A stretch of DNA of 64,000 nt from Trueperaceae bacterium (GTDB lineage Bacteria; Deinococcota; Deinococci; Deinococcales; Trueperaceae), in assembly GCA_965213705.1 (NCBI GenBank), contig OZ243913.1:544001-608000 (forward strand), in the 5' to 3' direction. The first letter of the stretch is position 1. Each line of letters starts with the position of its first letter. Below the pieces are notes generated by a model. It made no database searches and was not told where the DNA came from. It saw nothing but the letters and a program-made list of their open reading frames with translations. This document shows positions 48,402 to 59,194 of the stretch, piece after piece. A program made the position numbers and the translations under genes.

Positions 48402-49152
48402 ATGCCCCGGATGATACCTCGTTATGATGCGCGCTCGAGCCAAGAAAGCTATCCCTTTTTCTACGCCCGGCCCGACAGCGCCGCTTTGCAAGAACTCCGC
48501 GAAACTTACCGTTTAGAAGCGCTTACCGCCCCCTGTGACCAGGACCTGTGCAGGCTCGAGCGCGTCTGCGCCTGGGTCAACGGTCTTTGGGAGCACGATG
48601 GTGACAACGAACCCTCTGCGCCCGACGCCCTGACGATTCTAGGGGAAGTGGCGCGGGGCAAGCGTTTCCGCTGTGTCGAGTTCGGCACGGTCGTCGCGAG
48701 TTGCGCGGCTGCACTCGGCTTGCCCAGCCGCGTCGTCGGGCTGAAAACCGCCGACTGCGAGACGCGCGAGTACGGCGCGGGCCACGTCGTCACCGAAGTT
48801 TATCTTCGCGATAAAAGAAGCTGGGTGATGGTCGACGGGGAACGTCATCCCCGTCGCCGACGGGCGACCCTTGAGCGCTTTGGGTCTGCGCGACGCCCTG
48901 AACGACGGCGAACGCGTAACCTCGCTGACAGCCGTTTCAGGGGAACAGGTGAGTGAGTTTCTAGCCTGGATTGACAAGTACCTGTTCTACTTCGAAACGC
49001 AGTTCGACAACCGCGAGTTGGGCGTAGAGGGCAAAGCTCGCCTGCTGCTGGTTCCTTTCGGCGCGCCTGAACCGACTGTTTTTCAGCGCAAGTGGCCCAT
49101 GAAAGACGTGACTTATACACACTCTGCCAAAGCTTTTTACTCGGTGCCTTGA
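48402..49152 (+). pseudogene. Transglutaminase-like protein split by a frameshift near 48838
   Basis: FRCVEF, GHVVTEVY, WVMVDG in frame 1; continues as NVIPVADGRPLSALGL in the frame ending at 49152. Confidence 0.7.
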
Positions 49153-49215
49153 AGAGTGACGCCCCTGGCCTCGAGCCCTGAGCAGTTTCCGTCTTGCTAC
49201 AATGCACCGAACGAG

Positions 49216-49445
49216 GTGAAGCGTATACAAACCACATCCCAAAATCCGGACGTCGTGAGCAAGGCTTTGGTGTTCGCGGGTACGAGGGTTCCTGTAGACA
49301 TCCTCATCGACTATCTAAAAGCTGGGGTGAGTCGCTCGAGCGGTTTTTAGAAGGCTTCCCGACGGTGACACGCGAACAAGCAGAAGCCTTTTTGCAAGAA
49401 GCGCTCGAGCCCGCAAAAGTGCAGCGTAAAGTGTCTGCTGTTTAA
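49216..49445 (+). pseudogene. Frameshifted DUF433 antitoxin with no intact toxin partner
   Basis: LVFAGTRVPVDILIDYLKAG, shift in the GGGG run (~49324), then ESLERFLEGFPTVTREQA. Confidence 0.75.
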
Positions 49446-49526
49446 CGCGAACACCGACCAAGCACCTAAAAATGTTCTTTTACACACCTCACTAATTTGT
49501 AGGGCTTCATCTTCTATACTTGTCCC

Positions 49527-49790
49527 ATGACGGAAATGCTCGAGAAAGCCGTCTCAGAAGTGCAGCGACTTTCTGAAACGGAGCAAAACGCCATCGCGCA
49601 GCTTATTTTAGGAGAACTCGAGGACGAGCGCCGCTGGGACGCTGCTTTTGCAAAGTCGACCGCCCTGCTGGAGAAACTACTCGCCGAAGCGGAAATGGAC
49701 GACAAAGCAGGCTTGACGCAAGACTGTAACAACCTTGAAACCTTGGTCACGAACACGGCGTTCAGGGTGCGTTCAGGGTACATGACCTAA
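49527..49790 (+). CDS. Orphan antitoxin homologous to 28269-28487
   Basis: MTEMLEKAVSEVQRLSETEQNAIAQLIL.ELEDERRW; TATACT-N6-ATG; no toxin downstream. Confidence 0.7.
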   Translation: MTEMLEKAVSEVQRLSETEQNAIAQLILGELEDERRWDAAFAKSTALLEKLLAEAEMDDKAGLTQDCNNLETLVTNTAFRVRSGYMT

Positions 49791-49834
49791 CCTTCCTAAC
49801 AGCCAACCCGTACAGGGTGGCAGGAAGGAAAAAA

Positions 49835-50785
49835 ATGAAAAAAGTTGTATTGGCAGGCATGTTGGTTCTGGGCACTCTGTTCACAGCGTGTGGACAGCGT
49901 TCCGAAGCGGCGCTGGACGCGCTGAGCTTTGGCGAGTTGCCACTGGTGACGGACACCGAGGCGTTGCTGGAACCGCTGAGCACTTTCGGAGTCATTCACT
50001 TGGCCGAAACTGAGGAGTTGGGCGAACTAGCCCTAGCACAAGGCGCGGGCCTCGTAGGTTACACGCCGTTGCCCGATGGGGACTGGGGGGTGCTGGAAAA
50101 GTTACCTGAAGTGATTAACCCCATGTGCCTACTTATCCTTTGTGACGACGAAGGTAATCCCGTACCGGATTCGTACGACGGTTTCACGGTGGGCCAAGAC
50201 CTTTTAGCGGTTTACGCTACCCCCACGTTCGTCGAGCGGGTCGCGCAGTACGGAATAGGCGCGGAGGATTTGCAGCTGCTGGACGCCGCTGCCTTAGTTG
50301 AAATGGTCGTTGAAACCGGTGTCAGGGTCGGCAGTGTCGGTTTGTACGGCCCAGACAGTCCTATGGCGCGCTACTGCGCCACACGGCCCGTCCCCCACGT
50401 ATGCAAGATTATGAGTGTTGCTGGGGTGGATGTCCTCGAGCTGGACGTTTCCGAAGTGGCTAAGACTTCGGGTGTCGGCCTCATCATCACCGACTTTGGC
50501 GCTTTGACGCGGCTCGACACGGTGGGCGAACTCACGCAGTTGCACGGCGAAGGTTTCACCCCCGTTTTCTCGGCGCTCCAAGTCGGCTTTCCCCAAACTG
50601 TGAACAAAGCTGCTGCTGCGAGCTTTCTCGAGAACATTTACAGCGACGAGGGCCAAATCAGGTTGGCGCAAGCAGGCGTGATTCCCGTAACGGAACGGGC
50701 CTTTGCCGAAATCGTCAGAGGCGACCTCGCTGTGCATGTAGAAGCCGCACTCAGGGCCAGACCTACGCCCATTCCGGTCGATTGA
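49835..50785 (+). CDS. Hypothetical lipoprotein, C-terminus resembling a periplasmic binding protein
   Basis: Lipobox FTAC; AAASFLENIYSDEGQIRLAQAGVIP. Confidence 0.55.
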   Translation: MKKVVLAGMLVLGTLFTACGQRSEAALDALSFGELPLVTDTEALLEPLSTFGVIHLAETEELGELALAQGAGLVGYTPLPDGDWGVLEKLPEVINPMCLLILCDDEGNPVPDSYDGFTVGQDLLAVYATPTFVERVAQYGIGAEDLQLLDAAALVEMVVETGVRVGSVGLYGPDSPMARYCATRPVPHVCKIMSVAGVDVLELDVSEVAKTSGVGLIITDFGALTRLDTVGELTQLHGEGFTPVFSALQVGFPQTVNKAAAASFLENIYSDEGQIRLAQAGVIPVTERAFAEIVRGDLAVHVEAALRARPTPIPVD

Positions 50786-51040
50786 CCTAAATACCGGCGT
50801 TGGACAAAGTCGGAAGGATAAAAGGTGTCAATTGGTAGGTGCTTCAACCAGGCCGAGGAGCCGCGACTACGCGCGGCTCCTCGGTTTAGCTTAGAAAAAT
50901 TCCGCAGAGCGTTTCTGTCTATCAAGGATGAGTGGAAGGAACCATGTTCGTGTCATGACTGACGCGCCTCGAGCCCGCCAGCACACCCGCCTCCATTTAA
51001 GGTACACTCGTAAGCACAACACAATTTCAGGGAGGTAAGC

Positions 51041-52240
51041 ATGAAGGCAAGACTCAAGTGGTTGGTCGCGGCGCTGCTGGCAACGGTGTTCGTGTTCGCG
51101 TCGGCGCAAGACGAGGTCGTCATCGGCTGGTCGGGCGCGGTGACGGGGCCGACGTCGGACGCGGGCCAATTCGTGATTCAGGGCGTCGAAGACTACTGCC
51201 AGTACGCCAACGAAGAAAACCTCATCCCCGAGCACACGATTCGTTGCATCACCAAGGACGACGGCTACGACAACGACAACAGTTTGCGCAACTTCGAATC
51301 GTACCTGGACGAGGACATGGACGCGTTTATTTCCTACGCGACGGGCGCGACGCTGCAGCTTAAAGTAAACGCGGTAGAAGAAGAGATGCCGGTGATTTCG
51401 GCGAGCTTGCACATCGGCGTCATCGACCCGCCGGACAACAGTTATAACTTTTTGCCGATTACCTCTTACAGCGAGCAAGTCGTGGCGCTTTTGGAATACA
51501 TCGCGCAAAACCACGAGGGCGACGGCAACCCGAAAGTCGCCATGCTCGTTCACCCGAGCGCCTTTGGGCGGGCACCCGTCGAGGACGCTTCTGCCGCCGC
51601 CGCCGAACTCGGCGTCGACATTTTCGAAGTGCAGGAGCACGGTGAAGGCTTGGACTACACGGCCATGCTCCAGCGCTGGGACAACGGCGGCGTGCAGTAC
51701 GTTATCGGGCAGTCGGTGCAGTCGCCCATCGCGGCGCTGCTCAACACGGCCAGGGACTTGGGCTTGCTCGAGAAGATGACCTTTATGGGCGCGCACTACA
51801 CGGGCGGCAACACCCTAACGAGTCTGGCGGGCGACGCGGCCGAGGGCTTTTTGTGGGCCACGAGCTTCGAGCTGGCGAGCCAGATTGAGTTTCAGCGCGA
51901 ACTCGGCGAGCGTTACGGGCGCGGCGAAGAAACCATCAGCGACGTGAACTACACGACCGGCCTGTTGCAAGCGGCCACCTTTATCGAGGCGGCGCGGCGG
52001 GCGGCCGAGGCGGGCGAGGTCTCGAGCGCCACCATTTACGAACAGCTCCTCGCCATGAACGAGGCCGGCGCGGGCGTTTACGACGCGCACGGTTTCGGCG
52101 TCGGTCCGGTGAGCTACGCAGAGGACGACCGCGTGGGCGTGGACGCGTTGGAGCTGTTCCAGGTCGAAAACGGCGAGTTCGTGTCGTTCAGCGAACCCTT
52201 CAACTCGGAAACCTTCCGCGAGGTTCACCCGCCGCAGTAA
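51041..52240 (+). CDS. Liv-type ABC substrate-binding protein
   Basis: GGAGG RBS; signal peptide; IGWSGAVTGPTS, DDGYD, AFGRAP. Confidence 0.88.
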   Translation: MKARLKWLVAALLATVFVFASAQDEVVIGWSGAVTGPTSDAGQFVIQGVEDYCQYANEENLIPEHTIRCITKDDGYDNDNSLRNFESYLDEDMDAFISYATGATLQLKVNAVEEEMPVISASLHIGVIDPPDNSYNFLPITSYSEQVVALLEYIAQNHEGDGNPKVAMLVHPSAFGRAPVEDASAAAAELGVDIFEVQEHGEGLDYTAMLQRWDNGGVQYVIGQSVQSPIAALLNTARDLGLLEKMTFMGAHYTGGNTLTSLAGDAAEGFLWATSFELASQIEFQRELGERYGRGEETISDVNYTTGLLQAATFIEAARRAAEAGEVSSATIYEQLLAMNEAGAGVYDAHGFGVGPVSYAEDDRVGVDALELFQVENGEFVSFSEPFNSETFREVHPPQ

Positions 52241-52243
52241 AGA

Positions 52244-52297
52244 AGTACCGAGTACCGAGTTGAAAGTAGAAAGTGGCTTTTACTCGGTACTCGGTAC
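52244..52297. repeat. AGTACCG heptamer hairpin
   Basis: GTACCGAGTACCGAGT (52245-60) is the exact reverse complement of ACTCGGTACTCGGTAC (52282-97). Confidence 0.8.
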
Positions 52298-52317
52298 CAA
52301 CCTGAGCGAGTTGCCCC

Positions 52318-53157
52318 ATGACTGACGCTGCCACAACCACCCGCCCCCAGCGCCCGAGCGACCTGGGCGAAATCCAGCTTTCGATCAACAACATCGAGGT
52401 GGTTTATCACGACATCATCCAAGTGTTGCGGGGCGTCAGTTTGCAAGTTCCGCGCGGCAAAATCGTCGCGCTCTTGGGCACCAACGGGGCGGGCAAAACG
52501 ACGACGTTGCGCGCGGTCTCGGGCCTGCTGAAACCTGAGAACGGCGCGGTGCGCGAGGGCAGCGTGGTGTTCGAAGGGCGAACTCTCCACACCGCTACGG
52601 GCCGGGACATCGTCCGCTCCGGCATCGTGCAGGTGCCCGAAGGGCGGCGCGTGTTCAAGCACCTGTCCGTCGAGGAAAACCTGCGCGTCGGCTCGATTAC
52701 GCGGCGCGACGGCCGCGTCAAGGAGGACTTGGAGCGCATCTACGAAATCTTTCCGCGACTTCGCGACCTGCGGCGGCGGCAGGCGGGCTACACCAGCGGC
52801 GGCGAGCAGCAGATGGTCGCCATCGGCCGCGCGCTCATGGCCGCGCCGAAGCTCTTACTTTTGGACGAGCCGAGTTTAGGGCTCGCCCCGCTGCTCGTGC
52901 GTGATATTTTCGAGCGCATCAAAACGGTCAACGAAGAGGGGACGAGCGTGCTCGTCGTCGAGCAGAACGCCTCCATCGCCTTGTCCATCGCCGACTACGG
53001 CTACATCATGGAGCAGGGGCGCATCGTCTTGGAGGGCGTCGCCGCCGAGCTTAGGACCAACCCCGACGTCAAAGAGTTCTACATGGGCGTGACCGAGGGC
53101 GGGCGCAAGTCGTTTAAGGACATCAAGTCTTACAAGCGGCGCAAGCGGTGGATGTAG
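52318..53157 (+). CDS. Liv-type ABC ATPase (LivF-like)
   Basis: GTNGAGKTT, VPEGRRVF, SGGEQQM, DEPSLGLAP, KSYKRRKRW. Confidence 0.92.
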   Translation: MTDAATTTRPQRPSDLGEIQLSINNIEVVYHDIIQVLRGVSLQVPRGKIVALLGTNGAGKTTTLRAVSGLLKPENGAVREGSVVFEGRTLHTATGRDIVRSGIVQVPEGRRVFKHLSVEENLRVGSITRRDGRVKEDLERIYEIFPRLRDLRRRQAGYTSGGEQQMVAIGRALMAAPKLLLLDEPSLGLAPLLVRDIFERIKTVNEEGTSVLVVEQNASIALSIADYGYIMEQGRIVLEGVAAELRTNPDVKEFYMGVTEGGRKSFKDIKSYKRRKRWM

Positions 53158-53163
53158 GAGGAG

Positions 53164-53197
53164 AGTACCGAGTACCGAGTTGAAAGTGCCGAGTAAG
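53164..53197 (+). repeat. AGTACCG heptamer tract
   Basis: AGTACCGAGTACCGAGTTGAAAGT is identical (24 nt) to 52244-52267. Confidence 0.8.
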
Positions 53198-53297
53198 GCG
53201 TGGCTCCAGCGGTCGATTGAGCGCTCGGTTTTCACGGCTTGACCCAATGGGCAACAAAAAGAAATTTCGTAACAACGTCACAAAAACGTGTTTAGTT

Positions 53298-53326
53298 CCC
53301 CTCCTATCAGGAGGGGTTAGGGGAGG
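53298..53326. repeat. Small palindromic repeat CCCCTCCT-ATC-AGGAGGGG-TTAGGGGAGG
   Basis: 8-bp stem plus a second complementary arm; lies between convergent genes. Confidence 0.5.
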
Positions 53327-53406
53327 TCTCCTTCTGTGACTACTTCTGAAGTGACCCCACAGGCGTAAGTGGGCTAATTTGGACACTCTGTATTCACTTG
53401 GTGTAC

Positions 53407-54600
53407 TCACTCGGTACTCGTTGCTGTAGTGAAACGTTTGTCCACGACCAAATTGCCCGTGACCGAAGCCTCGAGCCGAATCTCGTTCATCCCCACGCCG
53501 GTCGCGCTGCGGACGCGCTTGCCGAGTTCGGTCGTGTCGATGTTTGTGAGGTCGGCGTCGGTTTCGTGCTCTAAGTGCAACACAACGCTGTCGGTGCCGT
53601 CGGGGCGTAAGGACAGCTCGAGCTGGTACTTGCGAAAGTTCAGCCCCTTTGTAGCGGCGAGGATGAAGAGCAATTCTTTGGGATAAACCTTGACCCCTTT
53701 GATTTTGACCATCGCGTCGGTGCGCCCGAACACGCCCCTCGGCAGGACGAGTCGGCCGCGCAACGTACCTTTCAGCGTCAGGTCGCCGGTCCGAAAACGC
53801 AAGATGGGCATTCCCTCGCGGGTGAGGCTGGTGACGACGAGTTCGCCCTTGTCGCCGTCGGAAACGGGCTGCAGGGTTTGCGGCTCGAGCACTTCCAGAA
53901 CGGCGGCCTCTGTGACAGGGTGCAGCCCGTTTTTGGCAGCGGTCTCCGCCGCGACGACGCCGGTTTCGCTCAGTCCGTAGGCGTCGTAAGCTTCGCAGCC
54001 CAGAGCCGCCTCGACCCCTTCCCGGTAACCCGGCACCGCGCTGAAGGGTTCGCCCGCCGCGACGAGTTTGTCAAAGCGCCCGCCCGCCTCGCCAAGCTTG
54101 CGGGCGAAGCTCGGGTTGCTCACCAGCACGTTGAAGCCGTAGGTTTGGGCGATGTCGACCACTTGCGCGGCGTCGGCCGGGCCGAGCGCCAGCACCGTCG
54201 CGCCGAGCCGCGTCAGGCCCTCGTGCAGCAGCCAGCCGCCCGCGAGCATGTGGTAGCTGAAGACCACCAGGCACCTGTCTTCAGCACTCAACCCGCAGCG
54301 TTCGAGTTGTGCCGCAGCCGCCTCGGCTTGCCAGGTAATATCGTTTTTAGTCAAATATTCCGGCATCCGCCCTATTTCGGGGGCCGGGGTGAGGTGCATC
54401 TGGACGATGTCGGGCGCTAAAAAGCCGCCGTGCGGGTCGGTTTTGAACGCCGCGGTCAGGTCGTCGCGGGTGATAAAGGGCAGCGCGCTCACGTCCTCAG
54501 CGTTGACGTGTTCGGGACTGACCCCTTGCAAGCGCTCTTCGTAAAACGGTAAAGTTTTGGCCTTTGCGACGATGTGCCGCAGCCGCGCGGTTCGGTCCAT
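53407..54600 (-). CDS. Phenylacetate-CoA ligase family protein (PaaK-like)
   Basis: LPFITRDDL, AGEP, YGLSE, GELVVTSL, RFRTGDL, GRTDAMVKIKGVKVYP. Confidence 0.8.
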   Translation of the reverse strand: MDRTARLRHIVAKAKTLPFYEERLQGVSPEHVNAEDVSALPFITRDDLTAAFKTDPHGGFLAPDIVQMHLTPAPEIGRMPEYLTKNDITWQAEAAAAQLERCGLSAEDRCLVVFSYHMLAGGWLLHEGLTRLGATVLALGPADAAQVVDIAQTYGFNVLVSNPSFARKLGEAGGRFDKLVAAGEPFSAVPGYREGVEAALGCEAYDAYGLSETGVVAAETAAKNGLHPVTEAAVLEVLEPQTLQPVSDGDKGELVVTSLTREGMPILRFRTGDLTLKGTLRGRLVLPRGVFGRTDAMVKIKGVKVYPKELLFILAATKGLNFRKYQLELSLRPDGTDSVVLHLEHETDADLTNIDTTELGKRVRSATGVGMNEIRLEASVTGNLVVDKRFTTATSTE

Positions 54601-54646
54601 GATGAACTCCTCAGCTTCTTAGCTAAGAATACCCTTTGGAAGGAAG

Positions 54647-55120
54647 ATGGACGCTCCCAAGTACGCACAGCTCGAGCTTGAACGCCGCTGGCTCGTCGAT
54701 AAGGCGAAGCTGCCGAGCCTCGAGCTGCCGTGTAAACACATCGAGGACAGCTACCTCACGAACACCCGCTTACGTTTGCGCGCGGTGACGGACGGTCCTG
54801 ACGCGGTTTACAAGCTCTGCAAAAAGTATGGCAAGCGAGGTGTGACCGAGGCCGTTGCCAACGTTTACTTGTCGAAAAGGGAGTTCGAGCTGTTGAACGG
54901 CTTAGCGGGGAGCAAGCTCGAGAAACGTCGTTACGCCCTGCCCGAAGGTGCGCTGGACGTTTTTGGGGGGCGGCTCGAGGGTTTAGTCATTTTCGAGGTC
55001 GAGTTTGGCAGCGAACGCGAGGCGCTTTCCTTTACGCCGCCGGACTTTGTAACCTTGGAGGTGACGGGCTTTCCTGAGTACGAGGGCGCAAGTCTCGCCG
55101 AGCACGGGCCGCCGTCTTGA
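54647..55120 (+). CDS. CYTH-like domain protein
   Basis: ELERRWLV, RLRLR, LEKRRY, FEVEF, EVTG. Confidence 0.75.
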   Translation: MDAPKYAQLELERRWLVDKAKLPSLELPCKHIEDSYLTNTRLRLRAVTDGPDAVYKLCKKYGKRGVTEAVANVYLSKREFELLNGLAGSKLEKRRYALPEGALDVFGGRLEGLVIFEVEFGSEREALSFTPPDFVTLEVTGFPEYEGASLAEHGPPS

Positions 55121-55146
55121 ACAGGTGAGTGGTACGCTTCAGGGCT

Positions 55147-55749
55147 ATGAACCCCCTCGAGCCGCTTTTCGAGAGCAACCGCGCCTGGGCCGCGCGCACC
55201 CTGGAGCGCGACCCCGACTTTTTTCGCCATTTGGCTCGCCAGCAAGCGCCCGCTTATTTTTGGATAGGCTGCTCGGACAGCCGCGTGCCCGCCAACCAGA
55301 TTATGGGCCGCGCGCCCGGTGAGGTGTTCGTTCACCGCAATGTAGGCAACGTCGTCGTCCACACCGACCTCAACTGTTTGTCGGCGCTGCACTACGCGGT
55401 CGAGGTCTTAAAAGTGCGGCACGTCATCGTCTGCGGGCACTACGGCTGCGGCGGGGTGCGGGCGGCTTGGCAAGGTACCCGGTTGGGGCTGGTCGACACC
55501 TGGTTGCGGCACGTGCAAGACGTGGCGCACCAACACCGGGCGCAGTTGGCGGGTTTGGACGACGAGGCCGCCTTCCGACGTTTGTGCGAGCTGAACGTGC
55601 TTGCCGGCGTCGTCAACGTGAGCCGCACGACCCCTGTCCAAGACGCCTGGGCGCGCGGGCAAGATGTAAGCTTGCACGGCCTGATTTACGACCTCGAGGA
55701 CGGGCTGCTGCGGGACTTGGGCTATGATTGCCTGAATCCAAGCCCTTAG
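55147..55749 (+). CDS. can: Beta-carbonic anhydrase
   Basis: WIGCSDSRVP, VFVHRNVGN, CGHYGCGG, LCELNV. Confidence 0.93.
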   Translation: MNPLEPLFESNRAWAARTLERDPDFFRHLARQQAPAYFWIGCSDSRVPANQIMGRAPGEVFVHRNVGNVVVHTDLNCLSALHYAVEVLKVRHVIVCGHYGCGGVRAAWQGTRLGLVDTWLRHVQDVAHQHRAQLAGLDDEAAFRRLCELNVLAGVVNVSRTTPVQDAWARGQDVSLHGLIYDLEDGLLRDLGYDCLNPSP

Positions 55750-55758
55750 GAGACCTTC

Positions 55759-57267
<1,509 letters not shown>

Positions 57268-57391
57268 CGCAGGTCTGAGGGACTCGAGCTGTTCGTCAAC
57301 AGCGCACCAACTTTATACAAGATGGAAAGCGTGTGAACCCGGAATCCCCGCTTCGGCGCTTACTCCCGAGGTGACGTTCCCTGTACTCTGA

Positions 57392-58066
57392 ATGATGCAA
57401 ACCATCCTCGTCGTCGAAGACGACCCCGACACCCGGCGCATCGTCACGCGCTACCTGGAGCGCTCGGGTTTTAGGGTCGAGGTCGCGCGGGACGGTCTAG
57501 CGGGTTTGGAGGCCGCGCTCGAGGCCGGTACCGACCTCGTCGTTTTGGACCTCATGCTGCCCGGTTTGGACGGGCTGGAACTGCTGCGGCGCTTGCGCGC
57601 CCGGCGGCGCACGCCCGTCATCATGCTGACCGCGCGGGTCGAGGAGGCCGACCGGATTGCGGGGTTGGAGTTCGGTGCGGACGACTACGTGGTCAAACCG
57701 TTCAGCCCCGGCGAACTGGTAGCGCGGGTCAAGGCGGTACTGCGGCGCACGGGTGAGCGGGAGGACGGCGTCGCCCCTTTGCGCGTCGGTGCGCTGAGCC
57801 TCGACCCCGCCAAGCGCACCGTACATTCGAACGACAGTCTGCTGGACCTGACCACGCGCGAGTTCGACCTGCTGCACACGCTGATGAGCCAGCCGGGGCG
57901 CGTTTTCACCCGCGACGAACTCCTCGACCGGGTGTGGGGCGCGGACTTTGCGGGAATAGACCGCGTGGTGGACGTTCACGTTTCGAACCTGCGGCAAAAG
58001 CTCGAGCCGGGTGACCTGTTGGTCACGGTGCGCGGGCTCGGCTACAAGTTGGCGGAAAACTCATGA
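57392..58066 (+). CDS. OmpR-family response regulator
   Basis: ILVVEDD, LDLMLPG, GADDYVVKPF, VDVHVSNLRQKL, TVRGLGY. Confidence 0.93.
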   Translation: MMQTILVVEDDPDTRRIVTRYLERSGFRVEVARDGLAGLEAALEAGTDLVVLDLMLPGLDGLELLRRLRARRRTPVIMLTARVEEADRIAGLEFGADDYVVKPFSPGELVARVKAVLRRTGEREDGVAPLRVGALSLDPAKRTVHSNDSLLDLTTREFDLLHTLMSQPGRVFTRDELLDRVWGADFAGIDRVVDVHVSNLRQKLEPGDLLVTVRGLGYKLAENS

Positions 58067-59172
58067 GACTGCTCAAGCGGCCGGTCGGCCTGTTCCCGCG
58101 ACTGTTGGGGGCGTTTTTGCTCGTCATCGGTGTGGCGGGGGTGACGCTGCTCGTCGCGGGCTCGCTGTTCGGGCCGCTGCTCTTGGAGCGGCACCTCGCC
58201 AGCATGGGCCTGAGCAATTCTTCGCCCGCCACCGCGGCGATGCTGAACGATTTGCGCGGCGGCTACCGCAGCGCGCTCAAAGGGTCGTTGCTGTGGGCGA
58301 CCGGCGCGGCGGCGCTGGTGGCGGGCGGCGTGAGCCTCTTCATCACCGCGCAGGTCGTCACGCCGTTGCAGCGCCTGGGCCGGGCCAGCGGGCGCGTCGC
58401 CACGGGCAACTACGCCGAACGGCTGGACGTGGCGGGGCCGCGCGAGGTCGGCCGACTGGCGCAGTCGTTCAACCGCATGGCCGCGGCGCTGGAAGCGGGC
58501 GAGGCGCAGCGCGTGGAACTGGTGCGCAACTTGGCCCACGAGGTGCGCACGCCGCTGACCAACCTGCGCGGCTACTTAGAAGGCTTGCAAGAAGGCTTGT
58601 TCGAGGCCGACGAAGAGACGTTCGCCGCCGCCAAACGCCAGGTGACGCGCTTGGAGAGACTGCTGGACGACCTGTCCTTGTTGTCGCGTTTGGAAGCGCA
58701 ACGGGAACGGGTCAAGTTGGAAAAGGTCGGGCTCGAGACCGTTTGCCGCGCCGCGCTCGCCGCGGTGCGGCCGCAGTACCTGCACAAGGGCGTCACGCTC
58801 CACTGTCGCCCCACCGTGTCCGAGTTCGTGGTTTGCGCCGACCCGCTGCGGAGCGAGCAGGTCCTGACCAACCTCCTCGTCAACGCCCTGCACCACACGC
58901 CCGGCGGCGGCGAGGTGGTGCTGTGGGCGAGCGAGGACGCGAACCGGGTCGCCATGCACGTTAAAGACACGGGCACCGGCATCCCGCCCGAGGCGCTGCC
59001 GCACATTTTCACCCGCTTTTACCGCGCGGACAGCGCCCGGCCCCCGGACGGCGGCAGCGGCATCGGGCTGACCCTCGCCAAATATTTCGTCGAAGCGCAG
59101 GGCGGACAGTTGTTCGTCGAGAGCACGACCGGCGCGGGCAGCCACTTTTGGTTCACGCTCGAGCGGGCCTAA
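58063..59172 (+). CDS. HAMP sensor histidine kinase (BaeS-like)
   Basis: Two TM segments, HAMP, AHEVRTPL, NALHHT, DTGTGI, GSGIGL. Confidence 0.93.
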   Translation: MRLLKRPVGLFPRLLGAFLLVIGVAGVTLLVAGSLFGPLLLERHLASMGLSNSSPATAAMLNDLRGGYRSALKGSLLWATGAAALVAGGVSLFITAQVVTPLQRLGRASGRVATGNYAERLDVAGPREVGRLAQSFNRMAAALEAGEAQRVELVRNLAHEVRTPLTNLRGYLEGLQEGLFEADEETFAAAKRQVTRLERLLDDLSLLSRLEAQRERVKLEKVGLETVCRAALAAVRPQYLHKGVTLHCRPTVSEFVVCADPLRSEQVLTNLLVNALHHTPGGGEVVLWASEDANRVAMHVKDTGTGIPPEALPHIFTRFYRADSARPPDGGSGIGLTLAKYFVEAQGGQLFVESTTGAGSHFWFTLERA

Positions 59173-59194
59173 ACTCATCCAGCCAAACTGAACG

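Noticed and set aside
48398..48404. Third GAGAATG at the left edge of the livM insert
   Set aside because: It doubles as an RBS plus start codon (AGGAGAATG) and I found no partner at the right edge; likely coincidence.
19273..49790. Integron or prophage origin for the TA modules
   Set aside because: No tyrosine or serine recombinase, no recognisable attC sites and no phage structural genes; the modules are dispersed and in both orientations.
52244..53420. AGTACCG repeats as a possible CRISPR array
   Set aside because: Units are 7 nt with no 25-45 nt repeat/spacer periodicity, and no cas genes are present.
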